From contig JBCCFK010000001.1 in NCBI GenBank assembly GCA_039029775.1, forward strand, positions 1 through 45,558: a stretch of DNA of 45,558 bases, read 5' to 3'. Each line of letters opens with the position of its first letter. The first letter of the stretch is position 1. The notes beneath the pieces were generated by a model. It was not told the origin of the DNA, made no database searches, and was given only the letters and a program-made list of their open reading frames with translations. This DNA comes from Actinomycetota bacterium (lineage in GTDB: Bacteria; Actinomycetota; Acidimicrobiia; Acidimicrobiales; UBA8592). Positions 26,719 to 35,541 of the stretch are shown here, in pieces. The translations under genes were made by a program, and so were the position numbers.

Positions 26719-27195
26719 ATGGATTCTCAGCTGAACGTACGGGCAGATGTCGATCTCGACGAGATCGATCGGACGATCGTCGACGTGCTTCGCATCGACG
26801 GGCGGATCTCGATCCCCGCTCTGGCCGAGCGAGTCGGCATCGGTCGGGCCACCGCCTATGCCCGATTCGATCGTCTGATGGACGCCGGCGTGATCCGCGG
26901 GTTCGAGGCTCGGGTCGCCGCCGATGCGCTGGGCCTCGGGGTGTCGGCGCTCGTCGTCATCGAGGCCGAACAGGTCGCCTGGGCCGACCTGCGGGACCGG
27001 GTGATGGCGCTGTCGAGTGTGCACTGGGTGGGGCTGACCGCAGGTGCCTCGGACTTCGTGGTGCTGGTTCGCGCCGGCGACCTCGACGAGCTGCGAGATG
27101 TCGTGTTGCGCGATCTGCTCAGCGTGCCCGGCATCCGCAACACGCAGACGTCGGTCCTGCTCGAGGAGGCCCGCCCCGAGGGCAGCCTGCTCTGA
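26719..27195 (+). CDS. Lrp/AsnC family transcriptional regulator
   Basis: ORF 26719..27195: LDEIDRTIVDVLRIDGRISIPALAERVGIGRATAYARFDRLMDAGVIRGF...WVGLTAGASDFVVLVRAGDLDEL. Confidence 0.9.
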   Translation: MDSQLNVRADVDLDEIDRTIVDVLRIDGRISIPALAERVGIGRATAYARFDRLMDAGVIRGFEARVAADALGLGVSALVVIEAEQVAWADLRDRVMALSSVHWVGLTAGASDFVVLVRAGDLDELRDVVLRDLLSVPGIRNTQTSVLLEEARPEGSLL

Positions 27196-27246
27196 CGGAC
27201 CGACGCCACCCACCCGGTCGGCCGGTCAGCGGTACGCTCCCGGGCC

Positions 27247-28356
27247 GTGAGCATCGATGAAGCACAGGTGGACCGGCTCCTCGCTCGAGCCGCACGCGAG
27301 GTCGAGGAGGGTCACCTGCCGTCGTGCCAGGTCGCCCTCGGCTACGAGGGCGAGATCGTGGCAGCCGAGGCGTTCGGTGACGCCACCCCGGACAGCCGCT
27401 ACTGCATCTTCTCGGCGACGAAGCCGTTCGTGGCGTCGACCGTCTGGACGCTGCTGGCCGAGGGTGTGCTGGCACTCGAGACCGTCGTCGCCGAGGTCGT
27501 GGAGGGATTCGGCGCCAACGGCAAGGACAGGATCACCCTCGAGCAGGTGATGCTCCACACCTCGGGCTTCCCGCACGCACCCATGGGGCCGCCGGCGTGG
27601 TCGAGCCCGCAGGGCCGCGCCGCGAAGATGGCGTCGTGGCGCCTCAACTGGGAGCCCGGCACGGCGTTCGAGTACCACCCGTCGTCGGCGCACTGGGTGC
27701 TCGGTGCGCTGATCGAGGCGGTGACCGGCAACGACTTCCGCGACGAGGTCCAACGGCGCGTCACCGACGCGGTCGGCCTGCCGAGGATCGTCGGCATCGC
27801 CCCCGATGACCAGGGAGACCTCCAGGACCTCGTGCTGGTCGGCGAGCACGCCTCGCCCGACGAGCTCGAGGCCGCCTTCGGCGTGCGAGAGCTGCCGGCG
27901 ACCGAGGTCACCGACGATGCGATCCTGCGCTTCAACCTGGCCGAGACCCGGGAGGTCGGCGTTCCCGGTGGGGGAGGGTTCGCCCGATCAGTCGACCTCG
28001 CCACCTTCTACCAGCACCTGCTGCACGACCCGAACGACATCTGGGACCCGGCCTGGCGAGCCATCGGCACGGCCGAGGTCCGGAACACGTTCCCAGATCC
28101 GATGGGCGTTCCCGCCAACCGCGCGCTCGGTCTCATCGTGGCCGGCGACGACGGCATGTCCCACATCCGTGGTCTCGGGCGGACCGTCTCGCCCACGGCT
28201 TTCGGGCACAACGGCGCAGGTGGGCAGCTGGCGTGGGCGGACCCGGCCACCGGCCTGTCGCTCGGGTACGTGACCAACGGTTACGACGTGCACGAGGTCC
28301 GGATGCCCAGGCGCGGGACGGCCATCAGCTCGATCGCCGCGGAGTGCGTCGCCTGA
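27247..28356 (+). CDS. Serine hydrolase of the beta-lactamase / class C (AmpC/esterase) family
   Basis: ORF 27247..28356 with a GTG start. SxxK motif: CIFSATKPFVAST. Also ...FEYHPSSAHWVLG...FGHNGAGGQLAWADP. Confidence 0.85.
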   Translation: MSIDEAQVDRLLARAAREVEEGHLPSCQVALGYEGEIVAAEAFGDATPDSRYCIFSATKPFVASTVWTLLAEGVLALETVVAEVVEGFGANGKDRITLEQVMLHTSGFPHAPMGPPAWSSPQGRAAKMASWRLNWEPGTAFEYHPSSAHWVLGALIEAVTGNDFRDEVQRRVTDAVGLPRIVGIAPDDQGDLQDLVLVGEHASPDELEAAFGVRELPATEVTDDAILRFNLAETREVGVPGGGGFARSVDLATFYQHLLHDPNDIWDPAWRAIGTAEVRNTFPDPMGVPANRALGLIVAGDDGMSHIRGLGRTVSPTAFGHNGAGGQLAWADPATGLSLGYVTNGYDVHEVRMPRRGTAISSIAAECVA

Positions 28357-29097
28357 TCACATGCGCCCGGGGCGAACCTGCCTGCCATCGGCGCGGGCCG
28401 CGAGCCGGCCCACATCTTCGAACCACGCGGCGTGTTCGGTGTGGTCCGTGACCCGGAGCACACCCTGCTTCATCATCCGGCCCGCGCCGCGCGGGTAGCC
28501 GGCGAGCTGGGCCCCGAGAGCTTCGGCACGTGAGCGGACTTCGGGGTCGGGCACCACGTCGTACGCGACGCCGAGCTCTCTGAGTCGAGGCCCGGGCAGT
28601 CGTTCGCCCGGCACGACGATCTGCATGATCGTCGACAGCGGATAGCGGGGCGCCAGCCACGCCAGGTTGTTCGGCGCCGCCATCCCGAGTTTGACCTCGC
28701 CGACCTGCAGCCAGGACTCCTCGCCGACGACGATCAGGTCGCCCGCCAGCGCCAGCGCGGCCCCGCCGTTGATCGCGTACCGCTCCAGGGCGACCACGAT
28801 CGGGACCGGGCACGCCGCGAGGGACACGTGCGCACGGCGCATGACGGTCGGTGCATCGGCCAACCAGTCCGGCGGGGGATCGGCGTTGTACTCGTCCAGG
28901 TCCAGGCCGGAGCAGAATGCCCCGCCGGCGCCGCAGAAGACGACGGCCTCGACCGACTCGTCCCTCGCGACCGCCTCCATGGTGTCCGCGAGGGCCGCCA
29001 TGAGCGGACCGGTCATCGCGTTCTTGCGGTGCGGGCGGTTGAGCTCGACGACGGCCACGCCGTCGGTGTCGGTGCGGAGCACCAGCGGGTCGGTCAT
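28357..29097 (-). CDS. Enoyl-CoA hydratase/isomerase (crotonase) family protein
   Basis: ORF 28357..29097: ...VAVVELNRPHRKNAM...VVFCGAGGAFCSGLDL...PIVVALERYAINGGAALALAGDLIV. Confidence 0.9.
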   Translation of the reverse strand: MTDPLVLRTDTDGVAVVELNRPHRKNAMTGPLMAALADTMEAVARDESVEAVVFCGAGGAFCSGLDLDEYNADPPPDWLADAPTVMRRAHVSLAACPVPIVVALERYAINGGAALALAGDLIVVGEESWLQVGEVKLGMAAPNNLAWLAPRYPLSTIMQIVVPGERLPGPRLRELGVAYDVVPDPEVRSRAEALGAQLAGYPRGAGRMMKQGVLRVTDHTEHAAWFEDVGRLAARADGRQVRPGRM

Positions 29098-29100
29098 GGC

Positions 29101-30285
29101 TCAGTTCCTCGGCAGTTCTCGGAAGGGGGTGTCGCGATCGGGACCGGGCTCGCGCGGAAGCCCGAGCACGCGTTCGCCCAGGGTGTTGCGTTGGATCTCG
29201 TCGGTGCCGCCGCCGAGCGACATGCCCCGGCAGTTGAGCACGTGGTACTGCCAGTAGTCGGCGTCGCGGTCGGCGTCGGCCCAGGCCACGGCCCGGGGGC
29301 CGTTCAGGGTGTGCGCCACCTGAGCCGCGTGCCGGCCCTGGATCGTCCGCCAGAGCTTGCCGATCGACGGATGACGCTTGCGTGCGGCCACCCACGGGAT
29401 GATCCGCTCGCCGATGTAGACCTGCGCCAGGGCCTGCCGCACGGTCGGGTCGTCGCTGGCGCCATGCTGGCGGGCCAGGGCGAGAAGGCCGTCGAAGGGC
29501 AGCGGGGCGCGGCCCGCCTTGGACTTGGCCGCGTCGTCGGTCTTGGTTCCCCGGCCGAGCGAGCTGCGCTCGTGGGCCAGCAGCGCGACGGCGAGGGCCC
29601 ATCCACCGTTCACCTCACCGATCACCCAGTCCGCGGGAATGCGGGCCTCGTCGAGGAAGACCTCGTTGAACTCGGCGACGCCGGTCATCTGGACCAGCGG
29701 GCGGACCGTGACGCCGGGTTGATCCATCGGGCAGGCGAACATCGTGATGCCCCGATGTTTCGGCAGGTCGCTGTCGGTGCGCGCGATCAGGATCGCCAGG
29801 TCGGCGTGCTGCGCGCCCGAGGTCCAGACCTTCTGGCCGGTGACCACCCATTCGTCGCCGTCTCGCACCGCGGACGTGGTGAGCCCGGCCAGGTCGCTGC
29901 CGGCGCCGGGCTCGGAGTACAGCTGGCACCAGATCTCTTCACCCCGAAGGGCCGGCTTGATGAATCGGCGCTGCAGGTCGGGCGATGCGTACTCGGCGAT
30001 GGTCGGGATCGCCATGCCGATCCCGATGCCGAACATCGCCTCCTCGCCGGGCAACAGGTCGAGGCTGGCCCGACGGAGCGCCTGCTCGTACGCGGGGCCC
30101 AGGCCCTGACCCCCGACGTCGCGCGGGTAGCTCACGCCTGCCAGGCCCGCGTCGTCGAGGGCGGCGCGGTAGGCCCGCGCTCGAGCCAGCCGGTCGTCGA
30201 TGCCCGAGATCAGGTCCGGGACCGATCGGTAGAACGCCACGACGCGATCGCTGAAGTCGGCGATGGATTCCTGCGTGTTCGACAC
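29101..30285 (-). CDS. Acyl-CoA dehydrogenase family protein
   Basis: Part of ORF 29101..30624: ...IWCQLYSEPGAGSDLAGLTTSAVRDGDEWVVTGQKVWTSGAQHADL...GGGTDEIQRNTLGERVLGLP. The GTG at 30285 is the first in-frame start after the upstream stop at 30321. It ends 3 nt before the crotonase start. Confidence 0.9.
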   Translation of the reverse strand: MSNTQESIADFSDRVVAFYRSVPDLISGIDDRLARARAYRAALDDAGLAGVSYPRDVGGQGLGPAYEQALRRASLDLLPGEEAMFGIGIGMAIPTIAEYASPDLQRRFIKPALRGEEIWCQLYSEPGAGSDLAGLTTSAVRDGDEWVVTGQKVWTSGAQHADLAILIARTDSDLPKHRGITMFACPMDQPGVTVRPLVQMTGVAEFNEVFLDEARIPADWVIGEVNGGWALAVALLAHERSSLGRGTKTDDAAKSKAGRAPLPFDGLLALARQHGASDDPTVRQALAQVYIGERIIPWVAARKRHPSIGKLWRTIQGRHAAQVAHTLNGPRAVAWADADRDADYWQYHVLNCRGMSLGGGTDEIQRNTLGERVLGLPREPGPDRDTPFRELPRN

Positions 30286-30320
30286 GACCGGGATTCTGGC
30301 ACCTCCCGCTCGGCCGTTGC

Positions 30321-31136
30321 TCAGGCCGAGAAGTAGTCCTCGGGAGCCGAGGCCGCGACGGCGCGCACCTCGGCTTCGGTGACGCCGGGGTCGAGCGCGG
30401 TCAGGCACCAGGTCGCGCCGAGGTCGGCGATGGCGTCGTAGGTCAATCCGTCGCCGTCGCCGGGACGAACCGCGACGTCCCACCCGTCGAGCGAGCCCCG
30501 GACCGACCGGGCGACGTCCAGCATCTCGGTCAGGGATTCGGCGTCGATGTCGACCGGGAACAGGCCCTCGTAGCGGGCCGCTCGTCGCACCGGCCTGCGC
30601 GATCCGCTCCGCGCTGCGAACCACATCGGAATGGTCGGTGGGCGGCCTGCCGGGTGGGCGATCGTGACGTCTCGGGCGACGAAGTGCTCGCCCTCGAAGT
30701 CGACGGTCTCCCCGCTCCAGATCCGCCGCAGGATCTCGACGCCCTCGTCCAGCCGTTGACCGCGAACGACGGGATCGACCACCTCGCCGAACTTGCTGAG
30801 CTCACCCGAATGGTCGACCCCCAGACCCAGACCCAGGACGAGTCGACCCTCGGACAGGTGGTCCAGCGACAGCGTCTCGCGCGCCAGCTTGATCGGCCGT
30901 CGGCGCGTGATGGGCGTGACCATCGGTCCGATCCGGACGCGCTCGGTCGCAGCCGCGACCACGGCCATGCAGATCCACGGGTCCGCGATCTCCTGTGGTT
31001 CCTCGGGTTTGCGGAGGACGTGATCCCACACGAAGAACCCGTCCCACAGGTTCGCCTCGGCGGTGGCGGCGATCTCGGCTTGGACGCCCGGGTGGGCCAT
31101 CTCGCCGCTCGGAGGGATGAAGACGGCATGTCGCAT
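30321..31136 (-). CDS. LLM-class (luciferase-like) probable F420-dependent oxidoreductase
   Basis: C-terminal 271 aa of ORF 30321..31640 from the ATG at 31136: MRHAVFIPPSGEM...WDGFFVWDHV...RVRIGPMVTPITRRRPIKLARETLSLDHLSEGRLVLGLGLG. Confidence 0.85.
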   Translation of the reverse strand: MRHAVFIPPSGEMAHPGVQAEIAATAEANLWDGFFVWDHVLRKPEEPQEIADPWICMAVVAAATERVRIGPMVTPITRRRPIKLARETLSLDHLSEGRLVLGLGLGVDHSGELSKFGEVVDPVVRGQRLDEGVEILRRIWSGETVDFEGEHFVARDVTIAHPAGRPPTIPMWFAARSGSRRPVRRAARYEGLFPVDIDAESLTEMLDVARSVRGSLDGWDVAVRPGDGDGLTYDAIADLGATWCLTALDPGVTEAEVRAVAASAPEDYFSA

Positions 31137-31191
31137 GAGCCTCGACGCTACCGGTATGTCGGGGCCCGGCCGGGCTGTACCGTTTTCGGCC

Positions 31192-32211
31192 ATGCAGCCC
31201 GACGCGCCGAACTTCGGAGCCGCCCGCGAGGCGGAGCTGGCGGCCGAGGCGGCGTCCTGGGACACCAGCGCACCAGGCTCGGCGACCGCCGACGACGTGC
31301 CCGTCGTCGACGTGGCTGCGTGGTTGAGAACGGGCGATGCCCGGGAGCTCCGCCGGCTCGGTGACCAGGTGCGCCACATCGGCGAGGAGCTCGGGTTCCA
31401 TCTGCTCGTCGGCCACGGGATCGCCCCCGCGCTGTTCCAGCGGATGTTCGACGCGGCCGCCGCCTTCCTGTCGATGGAGGAGTCGGACAAGCGGACCATC
31501 GTCATGGACCAGCCCGATGCCCCGGTCAACGGCATCGGATGGCTCCCGCCCAAGGAGCGTCGCCTCCCCACGAGGTCCAAGGGCAACCTGAACGAGGCCA
31601 TCCTCTTCAAGCAGGATCGCGACCACCGGCTCGCGCACAATCTGTGGCCGGACCCGGCGCTCGTGCCCGACTTCCGTTCGACCGTCGAGGAGTACGCCGC
31701 GGAGATCGAGCGCGTCGCGCTGGGTCTGGTGCCGGTGTATGCCGCCGCACTCGACCTCCCCGGGGACTACTTCGACGACGCGTTCGCCTCACCGTTCTGG
31801 AGGCTCCGCATGACCCGATATCACCCCACCGACGCCGCCGATGCGGACGAGTTCGGGATCGCGCCGCACGTCGACACCACCTTCTTCACGTTGCTGGCGC
31901 AGAGCGGGCCCGGTCTGGTCATCCACTCACCGCGGCGGGATCGGTGGCTCGAGGTGCCACTGGTACGCGACGCGTTGGTGGTCAACACCGGCGAGCTCCT
32001 GAAGCAGTGGTCCAACGACCGCTTCCTGAGCGTCAAGCACTTCGTGCCGCCGCATCGGGGTCCGGGCGACCGCTACAGCGTCCCGTTCTTCTTCAATGCC
32101 ACGGCGGATCATCCAATGGCCTGCCTGCCGACGTGCCACGGTCCCGACAACCCGCCCAGGTACCCGACCGTCTCGTACCTCGAGAGTCAGGCGGCGGCAC
32201 AGCGTGAGTAG
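31192..32211 (+). CDS. 2-oxoglutarate/Fe(II)-dependent oxygenase (isopenicillin N synthase-like family)
   Basis: Part of ORF 31063..32211: ...VPVVDVAAW...GFHLLVGHGI...RLRMTRYHP...GIAPHVDTTFFTLL (HxD)...NTGELLKQWSNDRFLSVKHFV (His...RxS). The start is ATG 31192 or ATG 31156. Confidence 0.88.
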   Translation: MQPDAPNFGAAREAELAAEAASWDTSAPGSATADDVPVVDVAAWLRTGDARELRRLGDQVRHIGEELGFHLLVGHGIAPALFQRMFDAAAAFLSMEESDKRTIVMDQPDAPVNGIGWLPPKERRLPTRSKGNLNEAILFKQDRDHRLAHNLWPDPALVPDFRSTVEEYAAEIERVALGLVPVYAAALDLPGDYFDDAFASPFWRLRMTRYHPTDAADADEFGIAPHVDTTFFTLLAQSGPGLVIHSPRRDRWLEVPLVRDALVVNTGELLKQWSNDRFLSVKHFVPPHRGPGDRYSVPFFFNATADHPMACLPTCHGPDNPPRYPTVSYLESQAAAQRE

Positions 32212-32248
32212 TCGTCCGACCCTTCGTCCGGGACGGCCGATCGTGGGC

Positions 32249-33142
32249 ATGTCCGCGATCCTGTTGCCACACCTCGACGCCCACACGGTGGACTGGGACG
32301 GGTTCGCCGCACACGTCACCCGGACCCGCGACGCCGGGCTCACCCCTGCGGTCAACATGGACACCGGGTTCGTGCAGCTGCTCGATCGCTCGACGAAGCT
32401 GCGGGTCCTCGACCAGACCGCGGAGATCACCGGTGGCGCATTCGTCGCGGGTGCCTTCGTGTCCGACGACGAGGGCGCCGAATTCGATCTGGGGGCGTAT
32501 GTGATCGCCTCCACCGAGATCGCCGAGCGCGGCGGGACGCCGGTCGTGTTCCCTTCCCACGGTCTGAACGGGACGGGGGACGACGGTTGGCTCGCCGGGT
32601 ATCGCGCGATCGCGGGCGAGATCGACCGGTTCATCGGGTTCGAGCTGGGCACGATGTTCGTGCCGTACGGGCGCATCGTCGCGCTCGACACGTACCGGGC
32701 GCTGCTCGAGATCCCGCAGTGCGTGGGCGCCAAGCACTCGTCGCTCGATCGACAGCTCGAGTGGGACCGGCTCGCGATCCGCGACGAGGTGCGGCCCGAC
32801 TTCATGGTTCTGACCGGCAACGATCTGGCGATCGACATGGTCCGGTACGGGAGTGACTACCTGCTCGGGCTGTCGACGTTCGCGCCGGACCTGTTCGCTC
32901 GCCGGGATGTGTTGTGGGCCGCCGAGGATCCGGCATACCACGAGCTCGACGACCTCCTGCAGTACCTGGGCCAGTTCGCCTTCCGCTCACCGGTCCCCGG
33001 GTATCGCCACGACGCCGCCATGGTGATGAAGGTCCGTGGCTGGATCGGATCGGACGCCGTGCCCCACGGTGCGCCGCTGCGGCCGGAGTCGGACCGCGAC
33101 GTGCTCGCGGGGATCGTCGAGCGCATGGAGCGCTGGGCGTGA
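32249..33142 (+). CDS. Dihydrodipicolinate synthase/N-acetylneuraminate lyase family (class I aldolase-like) protein
   Basis: Part of ORF 32096..33142: MSAILLPHLDAHTVDWDGFAAHV...TPAVNMDTG...CVGAKHSS (candidate Schiff-base Lys). The start is ATG 32249. Alternative in-frame GTG starts lie at 32243 and at 32204, the latter overlapping the upstream stop. Confidence 0.75.
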   Translation: MSAILLPHLDAHTVDWDGFAAHVTRTRDAGLTPAVNMDTGFVQLLDRSTKLRVLDQTAEITGGAFVAGAFVSDDEGAEFDLGAYVIASTEIAERGGTPVVFPSHGLNGTGDDGWLAGYRAIAGEIDRFIGFELGTMFVPYGRIVALDTYRALLEIPQCVGAKHSSLDRQLEWDRLAIRDEVRPDFMVLTGNDLAIDMVRYGSDYLLGLSTFAPDLFARRDVLWAAEDPAYHELDDLLQYLGQFAFRSPVPGYRHDAAMVMKVRGWIGSDAVPHGAPLRPESDRDVLAGIVERMERWA

Positions 33143-34536
33143 GGATCACCCAGGTCAAGAGCCTGCGCGACGCCGAGGCCTTCGAGGCTCACGTCGAGTC
33201 GCTCGGCGTGGATCTCCCGTGGCACGACGACCCGGCGTCGGTCCTGTCCCGTCGCGTCGTGGTGCGGGACGGGACGGCCGGGGAGCTGTCCGCGTCGAAC
33301 CGGTTGGCGATCCTCCCGATGGAGGGATGGGACGGGACCGCCGACGGTCGCCCGACCGACCTCGTGCAGCGGCGATGGGCCCGGTTCGGAGCCAGCGGTG
33401 CCGGGCTGGTCTGGGGGGAGGCCACCGCGCTCGTCCCCGAGGGCCGCGCGAACCCGAACCAGCTGGTGCTCAGCGACGAGACGGTCGAGGACATCGCGGC
33501 CCTTCGAGCACTCCTGGCGGACGATCAGGTTGCTGGCCTGCAGCTCACCCACTCCGGTCGGTACGCCCGACCCGCCGATCGGGCGCCCAGGACCGCCTAC
33601 GTGCACCCGGCCCTCGACGAGCCCTCCGGCGCGACCGAGGCGTCGGTGCTGTCCGACGACGAGCTCGACGAGCTCGTCGTCGCGTTCGTGGACGCCGCGG
33701 TGCTGGCACGCGACGCCGGGTTCGACTTCGTCGACGTCAAGGCCTGCCACGGCTACCTCGGGCACGAGTTGTTGAGCGCGTACGACCGGACGGGCCGATA
33801 CGGCGGCGACTTCGCCGGCCGCACCCGGTTCATGCGCAGCGTGATCGAAGGCATCCGAAGCCGGGCGCCGGACCTCGCCATCGGTGCCCGGATCTCGATC
33901 TTCGACATGGCTCCGTTCCGCCCGGGCGCCGGCGGCGTCGGCGAGACCACCGCCGACGGCGAGTACCGGTACGCGTTCGGCGGCGACGGCACAGGGGTCG
34001 GGATCGACCTCGCAGAGCCGTCGGCGCTGCTGTCGATGCTCGAGGACCTGGGGGTCGGCCTGGTGAGCGCCACGGCGGGGAGCCCGTACTACGTCCCGCA
34101 TGTCCAGCGCCCCGCCTACTTCCCGCCGTCGGACGGCTATCGGCCTCCCGAGGATCCGCTGGTCGGCGTCGCCCGGCTGCTCGCCGCCACCGCGGAGCTC
34201 GCCCGTCGCCATCCCGCCATCGTGGTCGTCGGCTCCGGCTACTCCTACCTGCAGCAGTGGCTGGCGCCGGTGGCCGCGGGGGCGGTCGCGGAGGGGGGAG
34301 CCTCGATGATCGGGCTCGGTCGGATGGCGCTGTCGTATCCCGACATGCCCAACGACGTCCTGGCGGAGGGAGCGCTGCAGACCAGGCTGATCTGTCGGAC
34401 CTTCAGCGACTGTACGACGGCGCCCCGCGCCGGACTGGTCTCGGGGTGCTTCCCACTCGACCCCTTCTACAAGGAGCACGAGCATCGCGTGGCGTTGGCG
34501 GCGGCCAAGAAGGCCAGCCGTTCACGCCTCGGGTGA
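33139..34536 (+). CDS. Old Yellow Enzyme-type NADH:flavin oxidoreductase
   Basis: Part of ORF 32914..34536 from the GTG at 33139, which forms a GTGA overlap with the upstream stop: ...NRLAILPMEGW...GLVWGEATALVPEGRAN...QLTHSGRY...FDFVDVKACHGYLGHELLS...RTGRYGGDFAGRTRF...IGARIS. Confidence 0.88.
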   Translation: MRITQVKSLRDAEAFEAHVESLGVDLPWHDDPASVLSRRVVVRDGTAGELSASNRLAILPMEGWDGTADGRPTDLVQRRWARFGASGAGLVWGEATALVPEGRANPNQLVLSDETVEDIAALRALLADDQVAGLQLTHSGRYARPADRAPRTAYVHPALDEPSGATEASVLSDDELDELVVAFVDAAVLARDAGFDFVDVKACHGYLGHELLSAYDRTGRYGGDFAGRTRFMRSVIEGIRSRAPDLAIGARISIFDMAPFRPGAGGVGETTADGEYRYAFGGDGTGVGIDLAEPSALLSMLEDLGVGLVSATAGSPYYVPHVQRPAYFPPSDGYRPPEDPLVGVARLLAATAELARRHPAIVVVGSGYSYLQQWLAPVAAGAVAEGGASMIGLGRMALSYPDMPNDVLAEGALQTRLICRTFSDCTTAPRAGLVSGCFPLDPFYKEHEHRVALAAAKKASRSRLG

Positions 34537-35541
34537 CGTGGTGGCCTCGCCGACGACGTTGGTGTCGGCGAGGCGGTACAGCAGCAGCAGAGGGGGAATG
34601 ACCAGGGCGGCCGCGATCCCGCTGGCCACCAACAGTCCGATCAGGGTGGCTCGAGCACCGGCGCCGTCGGCGATCTCGGTCTCGTCGACGAGGATCCACG
34701 GGTACTGGGCCACGCCCCAACCGGCGACCACGGTGGCGACCGCGATCGCCCCGCTGATGCGCGCGTGACGCAACCGCCGTTGCTGCAGCAGCCGGAGCGT
34801 CCACAGGCCCGCGATGCCGGACGCGGCGATCACCGGGAGTCCTCGGCCGAGGAGGCCGTCGACGAGGGTCTCGTCGTCGATCACGAGGACCGGGATGCCC
34901 GCCAGCGCGATGCCGCCGGTGATGAGCCCGCCGATCAACGTCTTCTGCCGCAGTTCCTCGGCCAGATCGCCCTCGCCGAGGCTCTCGGCCTCGGCGGCGA
35001 GGAGGAGGCCGGCCATGAAGGTGCAGGTGGCGATGGCGAGGACGCCACCGAGGACCGACGTGGCCGACAGCCAGGAGGTCCACAGCCCCGCGCGCCCATC
35101 GGCGGGGACTCGACCCGACGCGACGGCGCCGGCGATGGCTCCGAGGAAGAAGGGCGTCAGCAGTGACGAAGCCGCGAACACCACCCCGGCGGTCTGGGCC
35201 CACCCGAGGGTGGGGGAGTACTTCCTGAACGCGAACGCCGCACCGCGCAGCACGATGCCGAGGCCGGCGAACCACAGCGGGATCGCGAGCGTCTGGACGA
35301 GATCGGTGAACGGCTCGGGGAAGCCGGACCACAACAGCACCAGCACGAAGATCAACCACACGTGGTTGGCCTCCCACACGGGCCCGATCGCATGGTCGAT
35401 CAAGCGGCGCAGGCGGGCGCCCTTCTTCGCGTCGCCCGCGGTGAGATCCCACACCCCCGAACCGAAGTCGGCGCCGCCGAAGACCGCATAGAGGATGACC
35501 GCCGCGAACATGATGGCCGCCACCGCGTCGGCGGGACTCAC
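34522..35541 (-). CDS. cydB: Cytochrome bd ubiquinol/menaquinol oxidase subunit II
   Basis: ORF 34522..35541: ...ILYAVFGGADFGSGVWDL...IGPVWEANHVWLIFVLV... The GTG start overlaps the cydA stop (GTGA). Confidence 0.93.
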   Translation of the reverse strand: MSPADAVAAIMFAAVILYAVFGGADFGSGVWDLTAGDAKKGARLRRLIDHAIGPVWEANHVWLIFVLVLLWSGFPEPFTDLVQTLAIPLWFAGLGIVLRGAAFAFRKYSPTLGWAQTAGVVFAASSLLTPFFLGAIAGAVASGRVPADGRAGLWTSWLSATSVLGGVLAIATCTFMAGLLLAAEAESLGEGDLAEELRQKTLIGGLITGGIALAGIPVLVIDDETLVDGLLGRGLPVIAASGIAGLWTLRLLQQRRLRHARISGAIAVATVVAGWGVAQYPWILVDETEIADGAGARATLIGLLVASGIAAALVIPPLLLLYRLADTNVVGEATTSPEA

